A stretch of DNA of 63,665 bases, the filler included, from Octopus bimaculoides (lineage: Eukaryota): the NCBI RefSeq assembly GCF_001194135.2. It is 3 parts of 2 records of this genome, joined end to end, with 100 filler letters (N's around TTAATTAATTAA, not from the genome) between each part and the next. Parts side by side here need not be neighbours in the genome. Positions count along the whole stretch, not along the records: positions 1 to 27,156 come from NC_069003.1; 2 more parts are not named here. One strand, given 5' to 3'. Below, piece after piece: positions 12,877 through 25,081 of the stretch. How positions within the stretch are numbered: the stretch's first letter is position 1; every line of letters begins with the position of its first letter. Under the pieces are notes generated by a model. The model was not told the DNA's origin, did not search any database, and was given only the letters and a program-made list of their open reading frames with translations. Position numbers and translations under genes: made by a program.

Positions 12877-13145
12877 TATATATATACATACATTCTACAG
12901 TTATTCTACAGTTCTCATTTAGTATACATCTACATATATATATGTGTGTGTGTTTTCATACATCTGTATGTATATGTATATATATATACATATATATATA
13001 TATGCTTGTATGTATACATATATGTATGTACATATGTTATAGATATATATGTCCATATATATGCATATATGTATACATATATGGGTACATATATACATAC
13101 ATATGTATGCATACACACGCATATATATATATATATATGTAGATA
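11350..13145. repeat. Large degenerate (TA)/(CATA)/(CA) microsatellite fields
   Basis: Direct reading; includes small N gaps and a short unique spacer at about 12110-12690. Confidence 0.9.
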
Positions 13146-14321
13146 TATACTAAATGAGAACTGTAGAATAACGATAGGTAGAGGAATATGATAAATGAAA
13201 TCTTCAATTAAGGGCAAATAAATTTGAGAATGTAAGTACTAAAAATGAATAAACGTTTAAAGAGGATCTCTTTTGTGAAGATAAGGACGTACGTGTAAGT
13301 AATTAGGTGAGAGCTATAAGGTTAGAAATGTAGATGAAGCGGAGGATAAGAAGGAGTAAAACAGATCTCAAGGCCCACCATTTCTGAACTTTTCCCTTCA
13401 TAACTTATAGAAAAATCAATACTTTTTTAATGAAATGCGTAGGTGTGGGTATATGGGAACTACCTTGCCTAACTTATCAAGGACACGTGTTAGGTCCCAC
13501 AGCGTGACACTATGTGCAAATTTTTTTATTATAGAAGTGAGACGACCAAATTCTTATGAGTGGAATTGGTAGACTGTCGTGTATGGATCACTGTAAATGC
13601 TTCTCAATGTTTTCATATTGAGAGATGTAGATATAGATGTATATATATATATATATATATATATNNNNNNNNNNNNNNNNNNNNNNNNNNNNNNNNNNNN
13701 NNNNNNNNNNNNNNNNNNNNNNNNNNNNNNNNNNNNNNNNNNTATATACATATATATTTATAAATATATATATATATATATAATGTATGTATATATACAT
13801 GTGTGTGTGTTTAATATATATAAATAATTGAAAAATTTGGTCAACAAGGAGTACAGTTTGGACATTTATTTGCAATCACTACAATTATTTCTACGCAACG
13901 TAGTTCTCTAGGATTGATTATGCAACCGTTTCTTGCATTATAAGCTCTAGTTGTATTTCCTCAGGCATATAAATATTGTCACCATAATTTCAAATTATCG
14001 GCTTCAAGAGCATCCTATCTGTATGCCGTCGCCCGGTTTTAGTAGTAGCCCCTGAATGTAACAAAAGAAGTGTTCTGGATGAAGATTTGATCAGCTAGCA
14101 TTCCTAGACGTATCAATAACACGCACCAAGTATGGAATCAGGACATCCGTATACCGCAAGTGTAAGAATGCGAACGGAAAGGGAAAGGGAAGAAATAATG
14201 ATGGGGATACTGTGGGGTAGGGGTAGAAGAAGCAAGTAAAAGTAGAGGAAACAAAGAATTGAGGGAAAGAGACAAGATAGAGAAAGAGGGAGAAAAAGCA
14301 ACTGGTGTATAAATACATATA

Positions 14322-14360
<39 letters not shown>

Positions 14361-14361
14361 T

Positions 14362-14397
<36 letters not shown>

Positions 14398-15152
14398 TAT
14401 TATATGTATTTATTCTCTCTTATGTTATATATATACATGTGCATAAACAGAGTTAGCTCAGGTAACAGATTGAGTGGGTATGTATGTGCTATCATACCTA
14501 GAAGACGAATTCCCAGAACTCAAGCGAGGATTATATAGATACGACGCACTATTCATACTAAAAGCACCCACACATAGGAGATTAGAACTCATTAAGAAAA
14601 AATACATAAATTCTTTAAAAGATTTGGCCTAACTATTACTATAGAAAACGAACACAACTCCATAAATTACTTAGACGCCAACTGCAACCTAGCCACAGGA
14701 CTCCACGAACCCTACATAAAACCCAACACTAACCTCAAATACATAAACACATCCAGTAACCATGCGAACTTTATGGAGAGAGGATTGGTATAAAGCATTA
14801 GCAATAGAATTTCACGCTTCTCTTCCGACCAATATATTTTTAACAAGTACAAGGAAATCTACAATAGCGCATTAGATAAAGCAGGCTTTAAACAAAAAAA
14901 ATAAATACTTAGTCCGCTATGCAAGTAACCGGAATAACATAAATGCACAAGATAATATTCATAACATTAACCAAACTCCAATGAAACTAGCGACAACACC
15001 AACAATAGGAACAACTCAGATAACAATAACAAAAAGAAACAATAGGAACAATGTTAAGGTTCATACAAAAATAACCAACAATATTGCAAACAATAAAAGG
15101 AATACTAACAACGTGCAAATCAATAAAATTAAGTATACTAACACGACCAGTA

Positions 15153-15157
<5 letters not shown>

Positions 15158-15244
<87 letters not shown>

Positions 15245-15257
15245 AATAATAATAATG
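15158..15257 (+). repeat. (AAT)n(GAT)n(AAT)n compound triplet repeat inside the PLE linker
   Basis: Direct reading; encodes polyN-polyD-polyN in the open linker frame. Confidence 0.95.
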
Positions 15258-16974
15258 ACCTAAATATTAATAAAAATAGAAATAACGAGTCCCAAAGAAT
15301 CAGTATAACCCCAATAAAGCATGATAACACGAAGCCGTTTAGTTCACATAAACCGTATAAAAACAACCCCAATAAAACTGGCACGAACAACAATAATGAT
15401 TAACACAACTATCGAAAGAAATACAATAACCATAGCTATAACTTCACGCACTATACGAACACTGAGGGCAGCTACTATACCAAAAATAACAATAGTAATA
15501 ATAAATGAGATAGACACAAGATCTGGCTAATAATCCCCTTCGACATGCAGCTCAAATCGAACATAGTTCGCTCCATAATGAGACTCATAGATAAACATTT
15601 GAACGTAAATAATAAATATGCAGCAATATTTAGGAATAAAATCAGAGTAGGCCGTAGCCTAACTAATAACTTAGCTTCTATCATAGCCTCGATAAATAAT
15701 AATAAACTGGACAACTTCTATGAAACCAGGAAAATCAGCTGCATAAAACAGAAGAGCCAACCGGCAAATAGAAGAAATCCCAACCCTAAAGATGCGCCTT
15801 CAAGCCATACGGACAACGTCCCGACTAAGAATCCCCCCCCACACACACACACGTTAACACAACACTAGCACAGATAGACAGAATACTTTATGTGGCTGCA
15901 GAGACAGAAATATGTGCCAATTCTCTAATAGATGTAAACAGAAAATGTAGCATACCAATGCGACGTACTCACACATAACTATACGAAATCGTATAGAGGC
16001 GCCACGAAAAACCAAATGGTGCTGAGATACAACTTACACCAATCTAGCTTTGGAAACAGAAGTAAAGCAAACTCTACAGGGCTTAGTAGCTACATCTGGG
16101 AACTAAAGGATAAAAGAATTAATTATAGTTTAAAATAGCGCATCCTAGCAATTACTTCATCTTATAACACTACTAATAAGCGGTGCGATCTTTGCTTAAC
16201 AGAGCGCCTGAATATATTAATGGCTAAACCGTTTCTACTGAATAAAAAACATGAAGATAATTTTTTGTCTGCATATAGGCCAATTTGTCTTCTAAGTTTC
16301 GTTAAACCCGCTCTATCCTGTACATATCACTATCCTAGCCTCACCCCTATTAGTAGACTTACTCACCAGCGCATTACCTCCATTAATCACTTACACCAAC
16401 CCAAATTTACATTATAGCTAAATACACAAAATACATAACTCATATTCTACGTTACCCTACTAAAAATCCACATAAAAAACCAATAATTATATACCTACTC
16501 TACATCCTACGCTAACCTATGTATGCTTATAATTCTTTTTAACCAAGAACCACATAAAATACAAGCAAGCTTTCCCTTCTCACCTTCTTTCCCTATGCAC
16601 TCTTCATAACAAAATAGTATTACGGCAATGAGTTTCTCTACACCAATATATGGCTTCCTGTAATTATACGAACCATCTACAACCTATATTTCAATGAAAC
16701 GTACGTCATTATAATAGCACCAATTTTCCCTAATTAGAGTTACCTCCCTTACATTGCACCGCCGGTGAACCCGCTAAAGTCTCAAGCACGTGCAAGACAT
16801 GCCACTGAATAACCATGAGACTAGAGGTCCAACTAACTTGTATTCTTCATCCACCTCACAACGGATTTAACGAATTCTGAACCCAACTATAATGTAAGAC
16901 ACTCGAATCCTTGATCTCTTTTCCTATTTAACTATTGATGTTTCACTCTTCTTCTCTCCACCTCTGACTTCTTC

Positions 16975-17059
16975 GTTCTGACGATGTCTACCATTGGCAA
17001 CGAGGCAAAAAAATATATATATATTTCCTTCACCATGGTAAACAGAAACGATCGTAAAC
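16975..17059 (+). ncRNA. Type I hammerhead ribozyme fold in the PLE 3' terminus
   Basis: GTT-CTGACGA-TGTCTACCAT...ATGGTAAACA-GAAAC-GATC-GTA-AAC: both core boxes, 10-bp stem II with one mismatch, palindromic stem III (ACGATCGT), GUA triplet, 3-bp stem I. Confidence 0.7.
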
Positions 17060-17499
17060 TTCACTCTCACCTTTATTTACTAATTAAATAATGGCTTACT
17101 AGCGCAAAAGACACATTTCTGTTTGTTATTTTCCTCCACTTCCTTCTCGTCTATAAATGTATATATGCACATAAAAACATAGAAATACACACATATACAT
17201 GTATATATTATATATATATANNNNNNNNNNNNNNNNNNNNNNNNNNNNNNNNNNNNNNNNNNNNNNNNNNNNNNNNNNNNNNNNNNNNNNNNNNNNNNNN
17301 NNNNNNNNNNNNNTATAAATATTATATACATGCATATATATATATACATAAATATATACATACATATACATATACACATATATATATACATATATATATA
17401 TACTTACATATACATATATATATGCATATATGCATATACATATATATATATATACATGCATACATACATATATTATATATTATATATATATATATATAT

Positions 17500-18335
17500 T
17501 AGGGATCCTTATGATTTGACGGGCAACACTTGTTTTCTTAACGAAACACTTTCAAACTTGGGACACTGGTAGAATGTGTCATACAAAACAACTTTTTCTC
17601 TTAGCCTTTTTAACAAAAAATTGTACATCGCAAGTTATTTCATGTTAAAATTGTCGTATTTCTGTAATTTCAACCAATCACTGACGTCTATTCAGCTGAA
17701 TACAATCAGTTCTCTTTTTATAAACAACAAATTTTGGCCGGTCATAAAAATGTTATTCCCTGTGACATATTTCATCCGGTTTAATCGTAATTTATACGCA
17801 TATATTGTTTATATAATAAATTACGCTGTGCGTATCTGTGTGTGTAACAATTTTTCGCTAGTACTCAGTAACACATTTCCTAAATGATAAGAACTAGAGT
17901 TCGGGTTAGTTTTAGGGTGACGGTTAGGGTTATGATTATTTTTGCCATAACCTCACTCATAACCCTAACCCTAACCCTAAAACCCTATAACTCATAACCA
18001 TAACCCTAACCCTAACCCCAACCCTAACCCTAACTCTAAAACGCGAACCCTAACCCTAAACTAGAGTTTGATTTGAAGNNNNNNNNNNAATGTCAGAACT
18101 AACAGGGATTAATACCATATACACCGTCACAGCAGTAACTATATTCAACTGAATAGACGTCAGTGATTAGTTGAAATTATCGAAATAAGACAATTTTTAA
18201 TGTGAAATAACTTCGAATACAACATTTTTTATCTGTTCTATACCACAAAATATACAAGTATTCGAAGTTTGAAAGAGTTTCGGTACCAAAAACACTACAT
18301 AAAAAAATGTTGCCCGTCAAATCATAAGGATCCTA
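17500..18335. mobile_element. Non-autonomous foldback/MITE-like DNA element with long TIRs and a telomere-like core
   Basis: GGATCCTTATGATTTGACGGGCAACA at the left end and its exact reverse complement at the right end; imperfect inverted match continues about 200 bp (..caa(c/t)caatcactgacgtctattcag(c/t)tgaata). Confidence 0.8.
17903..18060. repeat. Degenerate TTAGGG/CCCTAA telomere-type repeats inside the foldback element
   Basis: ggttag..ttaggg..ggttagggtt, then (taaccc)n runs. Confidence 0.85.
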
Positions 18336-18343
18336 TATTAGTC

Positions 18344-18716
18344 ACAGACGTGGTTGCGTGTTAAGAAGCTTGCTCCCAATCACATGATTCTCGGTTCAGT
18401 CCCACAGTGTAGCATCTTGGGTAAGTGACTTCTACTACAGCCTCGGGCCGACCAAAGTCTTATGAGTGGATTTGGTAGACGGAAACTGAAAGAAGCTCAT
18501 TGTGTGTGTATGTGTTCCTTTTTGTCCCCCACCACATCGCTTGGGAACCGGTGTTGGTGTGTTAACACCCTCGTAAAATAGGGGTTCAGCAAAATGGACC
18601 GATAGAATAAGTACTAGGCATCAAAATAATACTAATGTCGGTTTACTCAACAAAAATAATCGTCAAGGCACTGCTCCAGCATGACTGCAGTCTAATGAGT
18701 AAAACAAGTAAAAGAT
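18344..18716 (+). mobile_element. SINE family B, near full length
   Basis: tRNA-like head (gtggttgcgtgttaagaagc..ggttcagtccc), CORE-like segment, short internal TG tract, tail ctgctccagcatgactgcagtctaatgagtaaaac. Confidence 0.85.
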
Positions 18717-18720
18717 ATAT

Positions 18721-18781
<61 letters not shown>

Positions 18782-18849
18782 CAGACAGCTATACGCGCAT
18801 ATATGTGTATATATAATTTAAATTTCACATTTCCCTGTGACTAACAGAA

Positions 18850-19680
18850 ACGAGAGCAACATCTACAACAACAACCATAACAATCGAAACTGGACCTTTA
18901 GATGTGAATACAACTCGGAACAATAGCTAAGAAGACCGCTACCATCACCACCAACAGCAGCGGTAACAAGAATAACAACAACACCAGCAAAACATCAATT
19001 GATAAACCACGAGACACAATGTTCCCGATAATAATAATAAGAATAACAATGATAATATCAAGAAGAACGACGCTAATAACAATAAGAATAATAATAAGAG
19101 GTGTAGCTATGTAATCATTAGTAATAACTGTCAATTAAAAATTATTTCTCTCTTTGATAATCCTATCTGCGCACCCACCACCTCCACCTCCATCACCATG
19201 GTTTCCATCACAACCATTAAGAATACCGCCATGAACATCACTAACCACTACTACCACCGCCAATTACCATCCACAACATCCCCATCATTAAGAGTATGAC
19301 CATTAGCACCAACATCATCACCAAAACCAACACTACTATCAACATCAGCATAAACGATAATATGACCGCCATCACCACCTTCTCCTTCCCTGCAACCACT
19401 ACCAACTATTATCACCACCTTCACAACCACCACCACACTCCTCAGCTCCACCATCTTTACTACAAACCGAAGCGTCACTATTACAACCACCTCTACAACA
19501 TCACTGTAACAAGCTCACCACCACCAATACAGTCTTTACCGACTCCACCATCACCTCTACACTCACCACCACCTCTACACCCACCACCACCTCTACACTC
19601 ACCACCACCTCTACACCCACCACCACCTCTACACCCACCACCACCATCACAACCAACACGACTACAACGACCACAGATTA
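18850..19680. repeat. Low-complexity (ACC/AAC/AAT)-rich tract with an 18-bp minisatellite (CCACCTCTACAC[T/C]CACCA, about 5 copies) near 19555-19650
   Basis: Direct reading. Confidence 0.8.
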
Positions 19681-20035
19681 TCCTAATTAGCTACATCGCT
19701 AAGAAAGTAAATCTTCAATTTTGAATGATTTAAGAGGCCACCGATGACAGGCAAGATTTTTGGTAAGCCACTTGATGGCTCCTTAAATTTCTATCACCTC
19801 ATCTTCCCCTATTCCTTCCCACCCCCACACAGAGCACTCACTTCTCTTATCTTCTCATTACCATTCCCATCTATCGCAGACACTCTCTCTCTCACTCACA
19901 AATGTACTCCATACGCACGTTAAGTATGTGTGTATCTATCTATCTATCTGTCGTTCTCTCGCTCTCTCTCTATATATATATGAACATATAAGTATAATCA
20001 TAAAAATATGCGTGCACACACACACACACTTACAG

Positions 20036-20090
<55 letters not shown>

Positions 20091-20789
20091 TACACGCGTC
20101 TCTCGAATTCCTGCCCATACTCTTATACGATATCGCTGAGATTTTACGAAATTTGCGTCGTGTTTTTGTTTGTAGACTTATTACATCACTACATTATTAC
20201 GTTATAGACGTACCCAATTACGTTAAAATACAGTGTGTAGACATTACGTCATATTGCCATAGCCATGGCATTATAACGTAATACTGTATGTATTACGTCA
20301 TATATTTCCTTCAGATTGTAACAAAGATGTTTACGATTTCCACTTTGTAGCGATTGTATATAACGATTTCCTTCTGTAGCAAGTTATTCATCGATGATTT
20401 GCATGTCTCTTCTTAATACGTTCTGGTAGATTCAAGCATGTGCATTCTAAACGCTGATGAGTTTAGTGTTATGATATTACATTTTGGTTGCGGACTTCTG
20501 GCATATTCATCCAACAACTGTTCAAATCACCAACACGTAATCCAACGATATTTCTTCTTTATATCTTCTACGACCCTCTCTATAATATATGGCTACGCAT
20601 ACAACAGTTGTCTACCTCTAGCACGCATGCGTATTTATATGATTCAGAACCGTCCATTTACAGGGTCGTTCGGATTCCACTACAACATCTCCCCTTTTGA
20701 AGTTTGACTTTCCCTGACAGTCAATACTTTTATTTATTACAATCTTTCTCTCCCCGCTTCTTTTTTTCTTTACTTCCTCGGGGAGAAAT

Positions 20790-22300
20790 TGGAATATATT
20801 TTTTTCTTTTTGGTTCAATTTTCAGCATTTCCGTTCGCTTTCGTTTCCTAATTGACGTACGCGCTGGCTCAACCTTTTCTTGCGGTACCGGAACATCAAA
20901 CATGCCATATAGAATTTCTATCGATTCTTCTTGCCTTTTATCATTTCATTCAGATGTCTCTTGTGTTCCCACGTATGCCCTTTTACCATATATGTTAATC
21001 TTCCTAAACGTTTAGTTATTTTTCCTTCCTCCCAACTTTCTTTTATATTTTCAGTGTTTCTCTGTATTTTTGTTTTCTTCCTGGTAGTAGATTATCAAAT
21101 ACTGACCGGACTTTCCTGGCAAACATTAGTTCTGCTGGCGACATATTTGACTCTGTGTTGTGGTTAGGTGATATTCTGTAGACACATTTACATATTTTCG
21201 GCCATTTCGTTTAACTATCTACGACTACTAGATAATACACACCTTTTAGTGGCCCTGCAAAGTCTATATGCAATGTAGACCAAGGTATGTCTTTCTTTGC
21301 CCAGGACTGAATTCTTATTGGTGGTGCTTTCGCTGCTAGGGCACAACCCCTGCAGGCTTTCACCAGATTTTTCGCTAGTAGAAATCCCATCGTAAAATCA
21401 TCGTCCCCAGCTCTGCAATCGGTTATCAATCCGTAAATTGATAACAATGGGCGATGATCAGTTTGCAGACTGAATTCCCTTCCATATATGAATTTGTGAA
21501 ATGTTTTCACCGCAAAGATAATGGCTAGGACCTATTTCTCAATTTGGCTATAGTGTTTTTCAGTCGATAACAATGAACGTAACGCAGGTGCAACAGGTTT
21601 TAAACTACCGTTTTAAAACTTGTGTAGAATTACTGCTCTGATCCCACTCTTGCTAGCATCCGACGCTACTATTAATGTTGGTTTTGGATCATAACGCGAT
21701 AATGACAGCTCTTATGTTAGAACCTTTTTAATTCCTTCGAATGCTTTTTGGTATCTCAGACCAATAACATTTAACATCTTTTTTGAATAGGTTGTTTAGG
21801 GGTGCTCGTAGCTCATGCATGCTCGGTATATACGTTTGATAATAATTCGCAAGCCCCAAGAACGCTAGTTATGTTGGAACATTTTTCGATGGTGGCATAT
21901 ATTTTATCGCCGTCACTCTTGCAGGATCTGGTCTGCGACCATTTTCCTCAATCACGTGTCGCAGATACTTTATTTCTGGCATAAAAAAACTCGCATTTTT
22001 CTTTGCTTAGTTTGAATCCATACTCCTTTATCTTCTCAAAAACCATTTTAACATTTTCCTCATGCTGACCTCTAGACTCACTTTTTACGAGTATGTCATC
22101 CAAATACGCTTTAGCGAAATCAGTATCCGCAAGCGTAATGTCCATTACCTGTTGAAAAATACTAGGTGCGAACTTTATCCCCAAAGGAAGTTTATTAAAT
22201 TTATATAAACCTTTATTTGAACTGGCGTACGAACCAACTACATTATTACAGAAGGTATTTTCGGTAGATCCTATAAATCAAATATTTCCATCCAATCTGT
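20790..22300 (-). pseudogene. Gypsy pol remnants (RT, RNase H, integrase) with internal deletions
   Basis: GIKFAPSIFQQVMD..AYLDDILV..GFKLSKEKCEF; YDPKPTLIVASDAS; FHKFIYGREFSLQTDHRPL; CRGC..PWSTLHIDFAGPL..LVVVDS. Confidence 0.85.
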
Positions 22301-22559
22301 ACCAAAAAGGTTCATAGTATTTTGTGATAGGTAAACTTTAACTTTCAGCGTCTTCCCACGAAATGTCACTTCCATTGTTATTTCGCCTAAAAATCGTTCT
22401 TGCTTTCCTTCTTGAAAGTAGGCCTTCCAATCTTTTTCCATGTATCAATGTTTATTATTGAGATATCGCTTCCTGTATCCAATTATAATTTCGTATTTAC
22501 ATTATTTTTACTGATACAAATTTTCTTTTTTGTACCTTGCTTTCTATTTTCGCTGAGTA

Positions 22560-23466
22560 CAGTTTTTTATTTGCACTTTCGTGCGACCTTCTTTTCTTTA
22601 ACCAGCAATGTAAATTCTTATGTCCTGTTTTGCCGCAATCAAAACATTTATTTTTAAAAGGGCAGTCCCTTTTAAAATGTAATTTACCACACTCATAGCA
22701 CGGTTTAAGTCTGGTTTGTTTTATTTTCTCCTTGTTTGTTATAGGTTAACATGCCTGTATATTTACACCGTCCCTATCAATTTTCTCTGTGTCTTGTCGT
22801 AGATTAATTATCCTTTGGCATTTTTTCTGCCTTTGTTTGTAAAGTTAATTAAGTAGCTTGCTCTGATTTTGTTAGTATTCGATCTCGTATTTCACCATCT
22901 TTGCTTGCAGTTAATCCTTTTACGAAGATTAAACATTTGAACGTCTGGAGTCAACTCACTTAGTTTGAATTGTTCACATTCTTTGTTTACGAAACCTGCG
23001 TACATAAAAGTCATCTGTTTCATTCTTTTTCAAATTTAGGCATTCACAGCGAATGTTAAATAATGCACTCCTTTCACTGAATATCTTCGCTAATAGGCTA
23101 ATTGTTTCCTCGAAACAAATTTCTGGCGGTTTCCTTCGAAAGATGAATTTTCAGTATTTTTCAGGATCTGCCGGTTCTAATTTTCGTAAAATTTTCACCT
23201 GTCCAACTTTTACACTCTTCCTTAAATATTTCCTCATACCGTCTAAAGTATGCCGAAAACGTAATCTCTTCTCCAAGATTATAGACAAATTCCTCTATCG
23301 AATTAGCTACTCAATCCACTGAAAACGAACCTGACGTGTTCTTCGACTGCAGCAATAATTCTAACAACTAATGAGTTTGCTGTTGTTTCCGTTGTTCTTG
23401 TTGCCGCTGTAGAAGTTGCTTTTGCAACTATTGTTTCTCTATCACGGAGGCTAACAGTTCTTCCAT
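22560..23466 (-). pseudogene. Gypsy gag remnant with two CCHC knuckles
   Basis: MEELL..FSAYFRRYEEIF..KIFSERSALFNIRCECLNL..LIFVKGL..EIR.RIL; CYECGKLHFKRDC and CFDCGKTGHKNLHC near 22605-22700. Multiple stops and frameshifts. Confidence 0.8.
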
Positions 23467-24182
23467 GCTAAGAACTTTGAATTTCTCACTATTATGAAGT
23501 AGGCGGTTTTATATTATTTTTTGCTTTGCAAAATTCAGAAACCTCGCCTCCACTGTTATGAAGTGCGTGAAATTAGAATCCCGAATTTTTGTCGCCGCTG
23601 TTATAATGTTTTATTGTGGTTGCGGACTTCTGGTATATTCATCTACCAACTGTCTAAATCACCGACACGTAATCCAACGATATTTCTTCTTTATAGCTTC
23701 TACGACTCTCTGTGTCATTCAACCACGGTAGTGGTTGTATATATTCTTAAGTCCACTATTTCATCAATCGCAACAGCTTCCCAGCTTCACCACTAATTCA
23801 GTCCTCAACTAAATTTCAAGCTGTTAATAGTTTTAAAGAGGACACCTCCTCAGCTACACTTTGGCATACATAGTTTGAGATTTGGTTCAGTAGAAAAAAG
23901 TCACATCACAATATCTGCGACCTCAAGGGGGGTGCACTAAGGCAGATATTTATCCTCAATTAACATGATTTTTTCTTTTAGTTTTAAGCTAAAAGTATAC
24001 CTTCCTTATGCCTAAATGATAGAAAAATGCATGAAGAATTCAGAATCGCTAGTAGCATTGAAGTAAAATTAGTACAAAAAGAGTTATGAGGTAAAAGTTA
24101 CGAAATTTCATGTCAGGAAGTAAGGGAGTAACGCTTATGCAATTAGAATAAAGAATATATTTCTAAAATGAATGCTTACTTT

Positions 24183-24290
24183 CGAGGGCGGCGAGCTGGC
24201 AGAAACGTTAACCCTCCGCGCGAAATACTTAACGATATTTCGTCTGTCTTCACGTCATAGAGTTCAAATTTCGCCGAGTTCGACTTTAAC
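24183..24290 (+). mobile_element. SINE family A, 5' part
   Basis: ggcggcgagctggcagaaacgttaa..gagttcaaatttcgccgagttcgacttt. Confidence 0.75.
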
Positions 24291-24324
24291 GTACATATTA
24301 TTTAATTAATTTTGTTAACTAAAT

Positions 24325-24430
24325 ATTTTCAAACTTCCGACACTAGTAGAATGTGTCACACAGAATAGGGTTTACTCTTAACGCTTTTGACAAAATTTTG
24401 TATTTTAGAAGTTATTTCGTCAGAAGTTAC
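24325..24430 (+). mobile_element. Fragment of the 17500-18335 foldback family
   Basis: ttcaaactt..gacact.gtagaatgtgtca.aca..ctctta..ttt..gttatttc aligns to the left arm at about 17550-17650. Confidence 0.6.
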
Positions 24431-24564
24431 AGAGTGACAATGGACAAATTCGTGTTTGATAAGTGCCATTACACGAAACTCTGAGCTTTTGACCTAATCT
24501 CTAACTTCTCCCGATGATGTATATACATATTACATATATGTGTAAAAAAATCTCATCACGCAAT

Positions 24565-24730
24565 CGAACCAATGAAAGAGCCTCTATCTGGTCACTCGAC
24601 ACACTAAAAATAGCAGCCAAAGTATCCCTCTATCTAAATCACACGCCCATTGTTCGTAATGTCCTTGATTATCCCTAAAAAGATGGTTTGCTGAAGGCTG
24701 GAATGTAGGTTTGCAGTATCAGGGTTGATT
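24565..24730 (+). mobile_element. Interspersed repeat fragment (probable SINE/LINE tail), related to 48470-48670
   Basis: Shared cta(a/g)aa.tagca.cca.a..t.ctc..aaat.acac segment. Confidence 0.4.
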
Positions 24731-25081
24731 TGATTTTGGGGCCTTGTTGTTTGTAACTTTTGGTGAACCATGGTGCAACCTACAACATGGTAAATATCCC
24801 TGCCATTAATTTAGTGTGGATGGGTCATATCAAATATTTCAATCACAACATATATTTAAATTAAACATGAAAAAAATTGAAATATCATTTACATGGAAAA
24901 ATTGAAATATTATCTTTCAGTATTTTATAAGGTAAAGTCTTAAATCATTAATTGACACATTACTAATTATCTTTAAAATGCAATGCCTGGAAAACTCATG
25001 GATTACATGGAAAAATGCGAGCAAGAAAAGTACTATTCTTAAGATTATAAACCTGGAAAAGTACAGGACAAATTATTACAC

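Larger units (their letters stand above)
14450..17100 (+). mobile_element. Penelope-like element, 5'-truncated: RT 3' half, expanded linker, C-terminal GIY-YIG endonuclease, 3' pseudo-LTR
   Basis: AQVTD*VGMYVL..GLYRYDA (YRDD motif degraded), FGLTITIE..NYLDA..PYIKPN..YINTSSNH, SISNRIS..SSD..IFN; KIW..PF..LIDKHL..IF; CGC..C..RC..VAYQCDV..SYRGAT..RYNLH..SF..TGLSSYIWELKD..KRCDLCLTER..LLNK. From memory this resembles the C-terminal-EN Hydra clade. Confidence 0.9.
20467..23775 (-). mobile_element. Ty3/Gypsy LTR retrotransposon, internally deleted and decayed
   Basis: LTRs at about 23599-23775 and 20467-20687 (TG..CA ends); PBS-like GCGGCGAC next to the 5' LTR; PPT AAAAGGGGAGA at 20688-20698; gag, RT, RNase H and integrase remnants in Gypsy order. 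Confidence 0.9.

Noticed and set aside
19296-19724. His/Pro-rich, extensin-like ORF
   Set aside because: Translation of ACC-rich low complexity and an 18-bp minisatellite; no splice or homology support.
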